This document shows positions 40,224 through 49,445 of a stretch of DNA of 64,000 nucleotides, piece after piece. Location of the stretch: IMG/VR virus record IMGVR_UViG_3300050034_000334, one strand, 5' to 3'. Positions within the stretch are counted from its first letter, which is position 1. Each line of letters starts with the position of its first letter. Position numbers and translations under genes: made by a program. Below the pieces are notes generated by a model. The model had not been told where the DNA came from, did no database searches, and worked only from the letters and a program-made list of their open reading frames with translations. This DNA comes from a virus (Duplodnaviria; Caudoviricetes).

Positions 40224-41048
40224 ATGAAAGGGTACTACGTGTACATGTATCTTCGATCTAAGTCTTCTCCTAACGGAGAAATTGGAACTCCGTACTATGT
40301 TGGAAAAGGGAATGGAAGTAGAATTCAGGAGTTTCATGGAAGGCACATCGCAGTCCCAAAATCTTCAGAAAATAGACGGACGGTTTCTGAAGGGCTTAAC
40401 GAAGCTGATGCTTTTCAACTCGAGATGCTCCTCATTCATCAGTATGGTAGGATAGATCTTGGAACTGGATGCCTTCACAACCTTACCGATGGAGGAGAAG
40501 GTGCGAGAAGGTCACTTAGGAAACCTCAATCAGAGGCGTTAAAGGCTCGTAAGAGTGTGATCATGAAGGAGTGGTACTTAAAGCATGGTGTTTCAAAGGA
40601 AAGACGAGATAAGATTCGTACAACTTTAACCAGGTACTACCAGCATAATACCAATCCTCGTGCTGGATCAGTAACGTCTGAAGAACAGAAGACGAAAGTA
40701 AGTCAGGCTATGAAACAGGTATGGTCCGTTCAAGAACATCCAATGAAGGGGAAACCTAGGAGTGAATCTACTAAACAAGCCATGAGTGTGGGTATGAAAG
40801 AGTACTATAAAAATGGAGGAATACCTCCAGGATTAGGAGTTAGTCCAAGTGTACTTACACGCGAGAAAATAAGTCAAAAGTTAACAGGAGTTAAGCATTC
40901 TGAAGAAAGACGTAGACGTCGAAGTGAACAAATGAAATCTATGTGGGCCAAAAGAAAGGCAGAAAAGAATGACGGGAATCGAATGGTACCAGTCTTGGTG
41001 GCAGGACGTTCCGTTGCTTATCTCCGAGACCAATGTCATCTATCGTAA
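40224..41048 (+). mobile_element. free-standing GIY-YIG-like endonuclease (YYVY..PYYVGKG subtype) with NUMOD3-like repeats
   Basis: YYVYMYLR...PYYVGKGNGSR...EADAFQLEMLLI..YGR...LHNLTDGGEG; several SEExK repeats. Confidence 0.85.
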
Positions 41049-41772
41049 GCAGATTGCTAAGGGTCTGTCAGACAAGGTTACAGCAACCAAGAAGAAGATC
41101 ATCTCCGAGCGTGGATGGGAGCCTTGCGCTCATCTGATTGAGAAGAATTTTAGTCAAACTCTTGAGGAACTGCATTTCTTCTATGTACCCAGGGGATGGT
41201 TGCCTGGGCCATGTTTTATCTTTCCTCAACGAGATCTGACGGGTGCCTTCACCCGAGCGCAGACAAGGCCCTTGTACAAAGTGGTCTACAACACAGAAGA
41301 GGGTGAGAGCACAGCCAAATACTGCGTTGCCGGTTGCAAGAAGGATGACTTCAACGGACCAATCTGGCTGGGCAATGATCCACGAACTTTACAGATGATC
41401 GTGGAATTGGGATGGGTTATCATTGTAGAAGGACCCTTCGATCTCTTGGCCTGTCGTCTTCTGTGTCCAGATACTCCTTTCCTTTGTTCCATGACCAAAA
41501 ACATCGGCGAGAGACATGAAGACTACCTTCGCATGATGGGCGTCACCAAGATATTTCTGATGTATGACAACGAAGCTCCCAAAGCAGGCAAGGATGTGGG
41601 AGCCGGAAACCTATCGATGTGGAGGATTCAGAATCACATCAAGTGGTGCCAGGTAGACGTTATCCTCTCCCCAGCGGAAGATGCTTCGGCTTGCCTTAAG
41701 AACCCTGTTAAGGCTAGACTTCTCAAATCTCGAATTCTTTCAGCAGTTCCGGTATCAGTCACTCATGAATGA
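40969..41772 (+). CDS. DnaG-like primase catalytic core (TOPRIM), no zinc-binding domain
   Basis: FIFPQRDLTG...QTR...KY, then IIVEGPFDLLA and FLMYDNE. Confidence 0.7.
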   Translation: MTGIEWYQSWWQDVPLLISETNVIYRKQIAKGLSDKVTATKKKIISERGWEPCAHLIEKNFSQTLEELHFFYVPRGWLPGPCFIFPQRDLTGAFTRAQTRPLYKVVYNTEEGESTAKYCVAGCKKDDFNGPIWLGNDPRTLQMIVELGWVIIVEGPFDLLACRLLCPDTPFLCSMTKNIGERHEDYLRMMGVTKIFLMYDNEAPKAGKDVGAGNLSMWRIQNHIKWCQVDVILSPAEDASACLKNPVKARLLKSRILSAVPVSVTHE

Positions 41773-41992
41773 GTGGCAATTCTTTGAGGAAATGGACAGG
41801 GAAGACATGTTGTTAGCTGTTCCAGGCATCATACCGGGTCGTCCTCGATTCGGATATCCCAGTACGGAACCATGCTGGGTTTGTGGCAGGCACAATAACA
41901 ACCAGGCCGAACCTCGATTCCTCTATGTGGTCTGTGAAGATCACCAGAATGTTCCACCAACAGAGATAAACCGGAGATTCAGACCAGAGTGA
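41765..41992 (+). CDS. small zinc-finger-like protein
   Basis: ATG 41765 overlaps the primase end; CWVC...CEDH. Confidence 0.55.
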   Translation: MNEWQFFEEMDREDMLLAVPGIIPGRPRFGYPSTEPCWVCGRHNNNQAEPRFLYVVCEDHQNVPPTEINRRFRPE

Positions 41993-42258
41993 GTGTCTAC
42001 GTCGATCCGCTCTTCGAGTACGGAGGCAATGCGAAGCACAGTTGTCACATGTATGCCGACACCCTTGAAGAACTTCACGCCATGGCGAAGAAGATCGGGA
42101 TGAGACGTGAGTGGTTTCAGAACAAAGAGAATGGCGACCTGCCCCACTACGATTTGGTCGAGAGCAGACGAGTGAAAGCAATAATGTTTGGAGCCGTGGA
42201 ACATACCAGACATCAGATGGTTGAGTATCGAAGAGCAAGGAGAGAATCGAATGTATAA
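41989..42258 (+). CDS. DUF4031 family protein
   Basis: VYVD...CHMYADTLEELHAMAKKIGMRREWFQ...PHYDL...R..AI..GA. Confidence 0.85.
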   Translation: MSVYVDPLFEYGGNAKHSCHMYADTLEELHAMAKKIGMRREWFQNKENGDLPHYDLVESRRVKAIMFGAVEHTRHQMVEYRRARRESNV

Positions 42259-43645
42259 GCGTGGAAATTGGTCTGTGCTGGGAGTGAAGAAAAACGACAA
42301 GCTGCTGGAAGCCATCGGTCAGCCAAGGATGATGCTGGAACTATCGGCTCTGGTTGCCCTGGTGAGTTGCAAGATGAAGGAAATCACGACGTCAGGCATC
42401 AATCCATTTGCTCAGCCTCGTCTGGATGAAACCATCTATGCAGTGACCAGTGATTCCACGGACGAGCCTTCAGACTTCCTGGAAAACTTGTACCACTATG
42501 CCAAGGACACCCCGGCTGACCGGGCGATCGCGGACATCGATCCCTACCTCCCATTCGTCGGACTCAGTGAATCCGACTACAGTCTGGGCGACGAGAAGTT
42601 TGCCTTCTGGTATGTCATCAATCAGTGGAAGGACTCGAACGACGCGGCGAGCTTCAAGGAGAAGCTCTGCTACGAGAGGTTCGAACGTCCATATGCGTTC
42701 ATCAGTGGAGACGACAAGAAGCGCATCGATGCAGAAGCCTCCTCACAGACGGCCATCCTCCGCCGGCAGTTTCCGGTCTTCATTGATTTCCGGGCGGGAC
42801 TGATCTTCGCCGAGACCACTGCAGGCCCCGAGATTGAGATCCTACTCGACACCTTCAAGACCATTGGGTTGGAAATCGAAGGTCGTCACTGGGAGTTTGA
42901 CAACGATCCTCTCTGGATGTTCAAGTTCCTGAACTTCGCGGCAGAGAACACCAAGTACAAGGAAGAATTCGCCAAGCGTGCCGAAGAACTGACCATGTTC
43001 TCCAAGGGCAACATTGCGAAGCTCGAGAACAAGGCCATGGAGGCAATTGTCTCGAACTACTATTCCTTGGCCGAACTTCCCAACTCTCTGTGGGCTGGCT
43101 TGAAGGCACCGGCTCAGTTCCGTCTGCATCCAGCGAGCGACACCCCTATTGGCGCCACGACACCGAGCAATGCGTGGACCGTGCTCAATTTCACGGATGA
43201 TGCTCAAGTGTTCGCTTCGGGCGTGGTCATCCAGGAACTTTACACCAGGATCAACAAGGCTGACCAGAGCGAGAAGATCATCCGCAAGGATCTCTTCACC
43301 CTCACCATCGACCCATCCATCAACAACTTGGACTTGGGCGTGGCCTTCCTCAAGGGATTCGATCTTCCCAAGATCAAGACGGAGATCAACCGTGAAGTGA
43401 AGAAGACCAAGACCAACCTGGCAATCTCTCAGTACTGGATGCGCTGGCTCCAGGAAATGGAAGAGGCCGTCCTCACCTTCATCAGTTGTGTTCGCGACAC
43501 CCTCGAACTTTCCGGCAGCGCCAAGGCTGGTATCCTCCCCATGGATCTCGACGATGACAAGAGCGGAACCTTTGTGATGGGCACGGACGTGAGTTCCGTC
43601 AGCGATTCGCCAGCTGTGGTGTTCATCGACAAGAAAACGGCATGA
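42251..43645 (+). CDS. RdgC-like recombination-associated protein (tentative)
   Basis: Start ATG 42251; ERFERP...DDKKRIDAE...RRQFPVFIDFRAGLIFAET...EILLDTF loosely follows RdgC; strongly biased codons. Confidence 0.4.
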   Translation: MYKRGNWSVLGVKKNDKLLEAIGQPRMMLELSALVALVSCKMKEITTSGINPFAQPRLDETIYAVTSDSTDEPSDFLENLYHYAKDTPADRAIADIDPYLPFVGLSESDYSLGDEKFAFWYVINQWKDSNDAASFKEKLCYERFERPYAFISGDDKKRIDAEASSQTAILRRQFPVFIDFRAGLIFAETTAGPEIEILLDTFKTIGLEIEGRHWEFDNDPLWMFKFLNFAAENTKYKEEFAKRAEELTMFSKGNIAKLENKAMEAIVSNYYSLAELPNSLWAGLKAPAQFRLHPASDTPIGATTPSNAWTVLNFTDDAQVFASGVVIQELYTRINKADQSEKIIRKDLFTLTIDPSINNLDLGVAFLKGFDLPKIKTEINREVKKTKTNLAISQYWMRWLQEMEEAVLTFISCVRDTLELSGSAKAGILPMDLDDDKSGTFVMGTDVSSVSDSPAVVFIDKKTA

Positions 43646-43651
43646 GGACTT

Positions 43652-43957
43652 ATGACCGCCAAAGAAGAAGTGATTGAAATCCTCAACAGGATGAGATTCA
43701 ACAGTGAGGACTTTACTCCCGAGACCATTGCTGATGCTTTGGAAGCAGAAAATCTCATCTCAATGAACGCTCATCTCGAGGCTCTCCGTCGCATCAGTGA
43801 GGCCCTGGGCCATCCGTATAGAGGCGACACCACCAAGTCCTGTCTCGACCTGGCAGACCTTGCTGTCATCAAGATTGGAATTGGTCTTGGGAAAGAAGAG
43901 GATCTAAAGAACAATCCGTTCAGGCAGCACTGGATTGAAATGGGAATGAAGCCGTGA
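43652..43957 (+). CDS. hypothetical protein
   Basis: 101 aa with GAGG SD; coupled to the next gene. Confidence 0.55.
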   Translation: MTAKEEVIEILNRMRFNSEDFTPETIADALEAENLISMNAHLEALRRISEALGHPYRGDTTKSCLDLADLAVIKIGIGLGKEEDLKNNPFRQHWIEMGMKP

Positions 43958-44673
43958 GAGTTACCTGCATATCCGACACTCATGGATTCCAAGGCCACAT
44001 GAGGTTGCCAGATGGAGATCTACTCATTCATGCTGGCGATTTTTCTATGAATGGAAATCCCATCCAGGTCCTCAATTTCCTAGCCTGGTTTGAAGAGGTG
44101 TGTTCGAAGTTTACCTATGGCGGTATTCTGATTGCGGGTAACCACGACCTCACACTCGATCCAAATCGTTGCTCAAAGGAAAACTTTGTTCTCATCAGTC
44201 ATCTGGTTCGACAGGGCAAACACTTCAAATACCTCGAAAACTCTCATGTGATCCTACCCAATGGCATCACAGTGTGGGGAAGCCCTTACACACCCTGGTT
44301 TCTGGGACACATCTGGGCTTTCAGTCAGACTGAGGACAAGCTCCAGTTGAACTGGTGGGGAATTCCTCAGGAGGTTGACATCCTCGTGACTCATGGCCCG
44401 GTGTGGGGCATTCTAGACCAGATCATCCCCGGGAGCGGTGAACATCTGGGCAGTCCTTCACTCAGAAATCTCATCGACAGAGTCTTTCATGACATGAAAC
44501 TTCATGTTGGAGGGCACATCCACGGAGGGTACGGGATTCACCAGGATCCTCGAGATTCAAGTGGTCGAATTTTTGTAAATCCGTCTTTCGTAGACGAGCG
44601 GTATCATCCAGTGAACGATCCTATTTCTGTGGAGATCAAGGAGAGAACAAATGGCTTCATCCAGAGGATATGA
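43954..44673 (+). CDS. calcineurin-like metallophosphoesterase (MPPED-type)
   Basis: All five motifs present: SDTH, AGD, GNHD, THGP, GHIH. Confidence 0.9.
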   Translation: MRVTCISDTHGFQGHMRLPDGDLLIHAGDFSMNGNPIQVLNFLAWFEEVCSKFTYGGILIAGNHDLTLDPNRCSKENFVLISHLVRQGKHFKYLENSHVILPNGITVWGSPYTPWFLGHIWAFSQTEDKLQLNWWGIPQEVDILVTHGPVWGILDQIIPGSGEHLGSPSLRNLIDRVFHDMKLHVGGHIHGGYGIHQDPRDSSGRIFVNPSFVDERYHPVNDPISVEIKERTNGFIQRI

Positions 44674-44995
44674 ATCACGTGTTTTGAAGGAACCAGCCCC
44701 AAATCGTATACGAGAACGCGATATGGACGAGTGTTGCAACGAGGCACCCAGTCCTTCTACGGACGACAGTTTGCTGAGAACAGCAGCCAGGAATCACGAA
44801 CTTTCCTGTGACATTGCCACCCTGATCTGCAATGTTGAAGACCTCCTGTTCGAACCCCGCAAGGATGCCAGCGAGGGTAAGACGGTTGAATCTCCCAGGA
44901 CGGTCGAGACCTTCTTGAACCAGACCGGCTCAAGTCTCCATTTCACCAAGAGACGTCTTGAGGTTCTGCTGGGCAGACTGGGAAGCAAGGGATAG
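44651..44995 (+). CDS. hypothetical protein
   Basis: Fills the gap between coupled neighbours; helical C-terminus; start uncertain. Confidence 0.45.
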   Translation: MASSRGYESRVLKEPAPNRIRERDMDECCNEAPSPSTDDSLLRTAARNHELSCDIATLICNVEDLLFEPRKDASEGKTVESPRTVETFLNQTGSSLHFTKRRLEVLLGRLGSKG

Positions 44996-44996
44996 T

Positions 44997-45959
44997 TTGA
45001 ACACAAACGTCCTCATCATTGACGGAAGCAACGCGGCCCATCGCTTCAAGGCTGTGTTGCCTCCACTGAATGGCCCTCATGGAGAGCGGGTAGAGATCAT
45101 GCTGGGACTTCTCCGCATGATCTCCTCCACAGTTCGCAACAATACTGCCCAGGAGATCTACGTCTGCTGGGACGGTGATGGATCCCGGAAGATTCGAACA
45201 GACATCGATCCTGAATACAAGGCCAATCGAGGCGACAAGAACGACTTTGAGAAGAGCATGGACAGTCTCATGCACCGTCAGGTGGAATGGTTCTGGGAGC
45301 TCTTTGGTCAATATCTGCCGCTCACTTGGATCGTCTCGAACAAATACGAAGCTGACGATCTCATCGCGATGTTCTCTCATGCCTGCAGCAAGCGCGGCGA
45401 GAAGGCCCTGATCGTCTCCAACGACAAAGACATGCTCCAGCTGGTCACCAAGGAAGTCAGCATCTACAGTCCTTCCACCGAGAAGTACTGCACGCTGGCA
45501 AACTTTGCCGAGTACAGCAAGGGATTTCCCAGCCCAGAAGTCCACTTGATGGCCAAGATCCTCATGGGTGATGGTTCGGACAACGTCAAGGGAGTGGGTG
45601 GAGTCGGAGAGAAGACCGCCATCAAGTTGCTGGAAGAGTATGGGACCCTAGACCGTCTCGTGAGTTACCAGACCCCGGCGCTCGAGAAGTTGAAGGTCGG
45701 AAGGAACATCAAGGCTGGCGTAGATCGCATCAAGATGAATCGGGAATTGATGTCGCTTTCACTTCCCTTTCACTTCCGACCGGACATGAAGTCGGTAGAA
45801 GTGAAGGAGGGAGTCTTGAATCCCGAGGCGTTTCGCAAGAGCTTGATCAAAATGGAGTTCATGTCCATCTTGGCTTCGTACACTCAGTTCATGCGCGCCT
45901 TCGAGTACAATCCAGTGTCAGAAGAACAAGAACTCTTTGATAACGAAGAGACGTTCTAG
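44997..45959 (+). CDS. 5'-3' exonuclease / flap endonuclease (T4 RNase H, PolI N-domain family)
   Basis: LIIDGSN, CWDG, YKANR, EADD, SNDKD, GDGSDNVKGVGGVGEKTA; start reassigned to TTG 44997. Confidence 0.92.
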   Translation: MNTNVLIIDGSNAAHRFKAVLPPLNGPHGERVEIMLGLLRMISSTVRNNTAQEIYVCWDGDGSRKIRTDIDPEYKANRGDKNDFEKSMDSLMHRQVEWFWELFGQYLPLTWIVSNKYEADDLIAMFSHACSKRGEKALIVSNDKDMLQLVTKEVSIYSPSTEKYCTLANFAEYSKGFPSPEVHLMAKILMGDGSDNVKGVGGVGEKTAIKLLEEYGTLDRLVSYQTPALEKLKVGRNIKAGVDRIKMNRELMSLSLPFHFRPDMKSVEVKEGVLNPEAFRKSLIKMEFMSILASYTQFMRAFEYNPVSEEQELFDNEETF

Positions 45960-45994
45960 TAACCCATTGAAGACTGGAACGAGTAGAGGGTCAG

Positions 45995-46450
45995 ATGGAA
46001 ATCGAAGTGATCACAGGCGATTGTGTCACTGGACACATCGTCGAACCTGAAGATGGCAGCAACCCCATTGGGTTCTCTGCTCGCAGTAACGATCACACCG
46101 GCTGGGTTCGTCTGACCGTTGGTCAGGATGCAAACTCAGTATCCTTCGAAGGCAAGAAGGAAGAGCTTCAGAAGTTGGTTGCCGATATGCAAGAGGTCCT
46201 GAACGACATGACCGAACCCTGGCCAGAGATATCTACCACGATGAATAACTTGCACTGGGATGGCAACCTGACTTGTGTTGAGATTGACAAAACGCACAGA
46301 CACGTAACACTTGACGATGCCGGTAGACCAGCTATAGATGGATACTGCGTGCCAGATACTGTGATTGGTCGTGCACAGCTTCAAATGGCACTACAAGCTG
46401 ACGACATTGCAGGCTTTGCTCCGCTCGCTTTGGAACACGATGATGCCTGA
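45995..46450 (+). CDS. hypothetical protein
   Basis: 151 aa; GAGGG SD. Confidence 0.55.
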   Translation: MEIEVITGDCVTGHIVEPEDGSNPIGFSARSNDHTGWVRLTVGQDANSVSFEGKKEELQKLVADMQEVLNDMTEPWPEISTTMNNLHWDGNLTCVEIDKTHRHVTLDDAGRPAIDGYCVPDTVIGRAQLQMALQADDIAGFAPLALEHDDA

Positions 46451-46682
46451 CATGAGCATGGGATCTAAGAGACCAAAGCAAATGAATTGCCGATATGAAC
46501 CGGCATATCCTGATCATGCTACGGTGTGCTTTGCTGAACATGGAGGATCATCAATGGTGGTTCATTCTATTTCACAACGATGTTCAGTAGAATACCCACA
46601 CGAATTCACAAATTGTGGCGAATTTGATCCTCCTAGAGTCTTAGCTGCCATTTTGGGAGTAGTTTCACCTCTTCTGTTCTGA
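46440..46682 (+). CDS. small hypothetical protein
   Basis: ATG overlaps the previous stop; Cys/His-rich; 3' end overlaps the convergent endonuclease. Confidence 0.35.
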   Translation: MMPDMSMGSKRPKQMNCRYEPAYPDHATVCFAEHGGSSMVVHSISQRCSVEYPHEFTNCGEFDPPRVLAAILGVVSPLLF

Positions 46683-47562
46683 CCAATTCTTTCAATCTGT
46701 CATTGCTGACTTTTTGTGGGTTATCCTCTTCTGTTAGAACCTTGAATTTGTCTCCTAAAACAGCTTGGGCGGCTGCAAATTTGGCTTTGTTTCCGGCAGT
46801 ATAGGTCAAGGCTTCGGGTTTTATCTCAATGAACTCTCCTGTGATTGGAAGGAAGAAATCGGCAAAGAAGGTCTTTGTACCAGTTGAGGTCTGATATGAG
46901 ATTCCGTAGCATTTCTTCTCAGCAGTCTCCCAGACCACTCCTTCCTTATCAAATTTCAACATGTAGGAAAGCTCAAGGAGACTTCGAAAGTAGTGACCCT
47001 TATACCAACCACTCCACCCACAACCAGAGCCAATAGGAGAAGGCTTTCCGAACATAGGGTTGTTGGAACCGGAAGAATCCAAACTTTGCTTTTCTTTGAA
47101 TTTTGACAAACGAAGATCAGCTTCTTCTTTACCAAATTTGGAGAGCCACACAGAGTAAAACGAACGACCACTCATTGGGTTATCACTGGTCATGAGATCA
47201 CTGTGAGCCTTCTTGCGAGTTGGATTCCAAGGACGTCCTATCTTTGAGTTGACGTCTACTCTGAGACGACCAGCTTCATCTTCTCCGTACTTCTCTCTCC
47301 AAAGAGAATCCACTGATTTACCAAACATGAGGTTCTTATTCCCAGTACACGAACGATGAAATTGAGCAGCTTTTTCTAAAGCAGTATTGGAAAGACGATG
47401 ACCTTTTCTTTTGTCGCTTACGATCTTTCGAGCCTCCGTAGTCCATCGACGACTAGAGGCACATTTGCGACATATTCTGGATTCATTCATCGCCATTTGT
47501 TGTTCTCGCTGATTTTTGTGAATGACTTCACGACCACATTGAGGACAAATTCTTGGATACAT
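46633..47562 (-). mobile_element. free-standing PD-(D/E)xK (TnsA-like) homing endonuclease
   Basis: N-terminal CPQC..CRKC, NUMOD-like NPMFGK repeats, C-terminal GWYKGHYFRSLLE...FADFF...FIEIKP. Confidence 0.75.
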
Positions 47563-47618
47563 ACTAGAGAATTCGGTAGTCTCTTCCTTGAGGCAACTAT
47601 CGGGATAGGACTTATCCC

Positions 47619-48758
47619 TTGTCTCTGATAACTCACAGACCCAAGAATTTCAACGATGTTGTGGGTCAGACTCGAGCAATTCGTGTGCTCACAGCAATTA
47701 TGACCAAAGCTATCTTTATTCCAAGAGGTTTCCTACTCGAAGGGCAAGTAGGAACCGGCAAAACCTCTGTTGGCTACCTTCTTGCGAAGGCCCTGATGTG
47801 TCACAACGATCCTCTGGGCTGCAACAGTTGCCCTTCCTGCATTCTCATAGCCGAACAAGGAATTGAGCAGCACCCAGACTTCCTAGAAGTGGACGCGGCG
47901 AGCAATCGAGGGGTGGAGAACGCTCGCAACATCCTACTCCAAGCGGAGTCCTTGTCAGTTATAGGGAAGCGGCGGGTGGTGTTGATTGACGAGGCTCATG
48001 ACCTGACAACGCTGGCCTGGGATGTCTTTCTGAAGCCTTTGGAAGTGAAGGACAACAACAGCGTGTTTATCTTCGCTTCGAGCGAGGGTGATTCCATTCC
48101 CAAGACCATCCGATCACGTTGCGCCAAGGCTCGTTTCAACATCATTCCTGAGGATCTTCTGCTTGGTTTGCTCTGTAACACAGCCAATGCACACAACATC
48201 AAGTACGACATGGATGCGATGAAACTGATTGCCAGGGTGTCCAAGGGAATCGTGCGCGATGCCTACACCACTTTGGACTCGGTTGCTTCGATGGGATTGG
48301 TCACCAAGGAACTCGTACAGGCTGTCGTAGATACAAGCCTAGACGATTCATGCGTGAAGATCTTTCTCCATATCCTTCGCAAAGAGCAAATCGAGGCTTG
48401 CAAGATCTGCGACGAAGCCTGTGGTGCCAACTCTCCGGTCAAGGTCATCCAGACGATGTTTGAAGTTTATGGCAGGGCGATCTTCAAGCCAGAGGGACCG
48501 GCTCATGAAGCCATTCGAGCCGGATTGGGTAACGTATCATTGGTTACTTCAGTTTTCATAAAGTGGAGCCTGCTTTCGAGCCTATCATTGGATGCGATGC
48601 CTTTGTTCATCATCGACATGATGAACATGCTTGAACCTGAAAATAGACAGACAAACAGGCAAACGTATGTTATCTCCGGTCCTTCTAAATCAGATATGGC
48701 AGAGGAAGTACTCAATATTCGGGAGCTACTGCAGCAAACTGGTGGTCATGTCGATTAA
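47619..48758 (+). CDS. dnaX: DNA polymerase III gamma/tau clamp-loader subunit
   Basis: HRPKNFNDVVGQ, Walker A GQVGTGKT, CNSCPSC zinc site, EVDAASNRGV, IDEAH, SRC arginine finger. Confidence 0.92.
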   Translation: MSLITHRPKNFNDVVGQTRAIRVLTAIMTKAIFIPRGFLLEGQVGTGKTSVGYLLAKALMCHNDPLGCNSCPSCILIAEQGIEQHPDFLEVDAASNRGVENARNILLQAESLSVIGKRRVVLIDEAHDLTTLAWDVFLKPLEVKDNNSVFIFASSEGDSIPKTIRSRCAKARFNIIPEDLLLGLLCNTANAHNIKYDMDAMKLIARVSKGIVRDAYTTLDSVASMGLVTKELVQAVVDTSLDDSCVKIFLHILRKEQIEACKICDEACGANSPVKVIQTMFEVYGRAIFKPEGPAHEAIRAGLGNVSLVTSVFIKWSLLSSLSLDAMPLFIIDMMNMLEPENRQTNRQTYVISGPSKSDMAEEVLNIRELLQQTGGHVD

Positions 48759-48869
48759 TCGAATATTTTCTTCAAATTGCTCGTTATGTGAAATTCACAG
48801 TATAGATTAGTAGCCATCGGTGTCGGTTGTTCTCTGTTAACCTTGCCTTCACCGACAACTGAGGTTACT

Positions 48870-49445
48870 ATGTCCTGCATCTACTTGCTGACTAACGTAG
48901 TGAACAAAAAAGTCTATGTTGGCAAGACAAAAGGAGATCCTCTCTTCCGTTGGAGGGAACACGTACACGATGCGAATAACGGAAGTATTCTTCCATTTCA
49001 CTGTGCATTGCGTAAGTACGGAGTAGAGAATTTTCAGTTGTCAACTTTGGTGCTTGGAGATTACTCTAGAGAAGATCTGAATAATTTAGAAAAACAGTTC
49101 ATCTCTGATTACCAATCCTACCCTCCAAATCTTGGATTTGGATACAATTCCAGCCCAGGAGGAGATGGTGGTGCAGAGATTGCACTTGGACCAAAAAGTC
49201 AAGCAACTCGTGACAAGATATCAAAATCCAGACTGGGTTATGTGGTTCCTAGAGAGCAAGTAGAAAGACAGCGAGCTAAACTACTAGGAAGAAAGCAGTC
49301 TCCTGAGCACATTAAGAAGAGATTGGCTCATCTTGGGGATAGAAACCATAAAAACCTAGGAAGAACTTTGTCACCAGAGTGGAGAGCTCACATTTCTCTT
49401 GGTCTTCTAAAATGGAACAGAAAGAAGACGGAGGTGGAGGCTTGA
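48870..49445 (+). mobile_element. free-standing GIY-YIG homing endonuclease
   Basis: CIYLLTNVVNKKVYVGKT...RW..H...LEKQFI...GYN; ATG 48870 after GAGG. Confidence 0.9.

Noticed and set aside
43954-44673. SbcD/Mre11 partner of the split SbcC
   Set aside because: Motif spacing and size fit MPPED-type phosphoesterases; no capping domain; not adjacent to SbcC.
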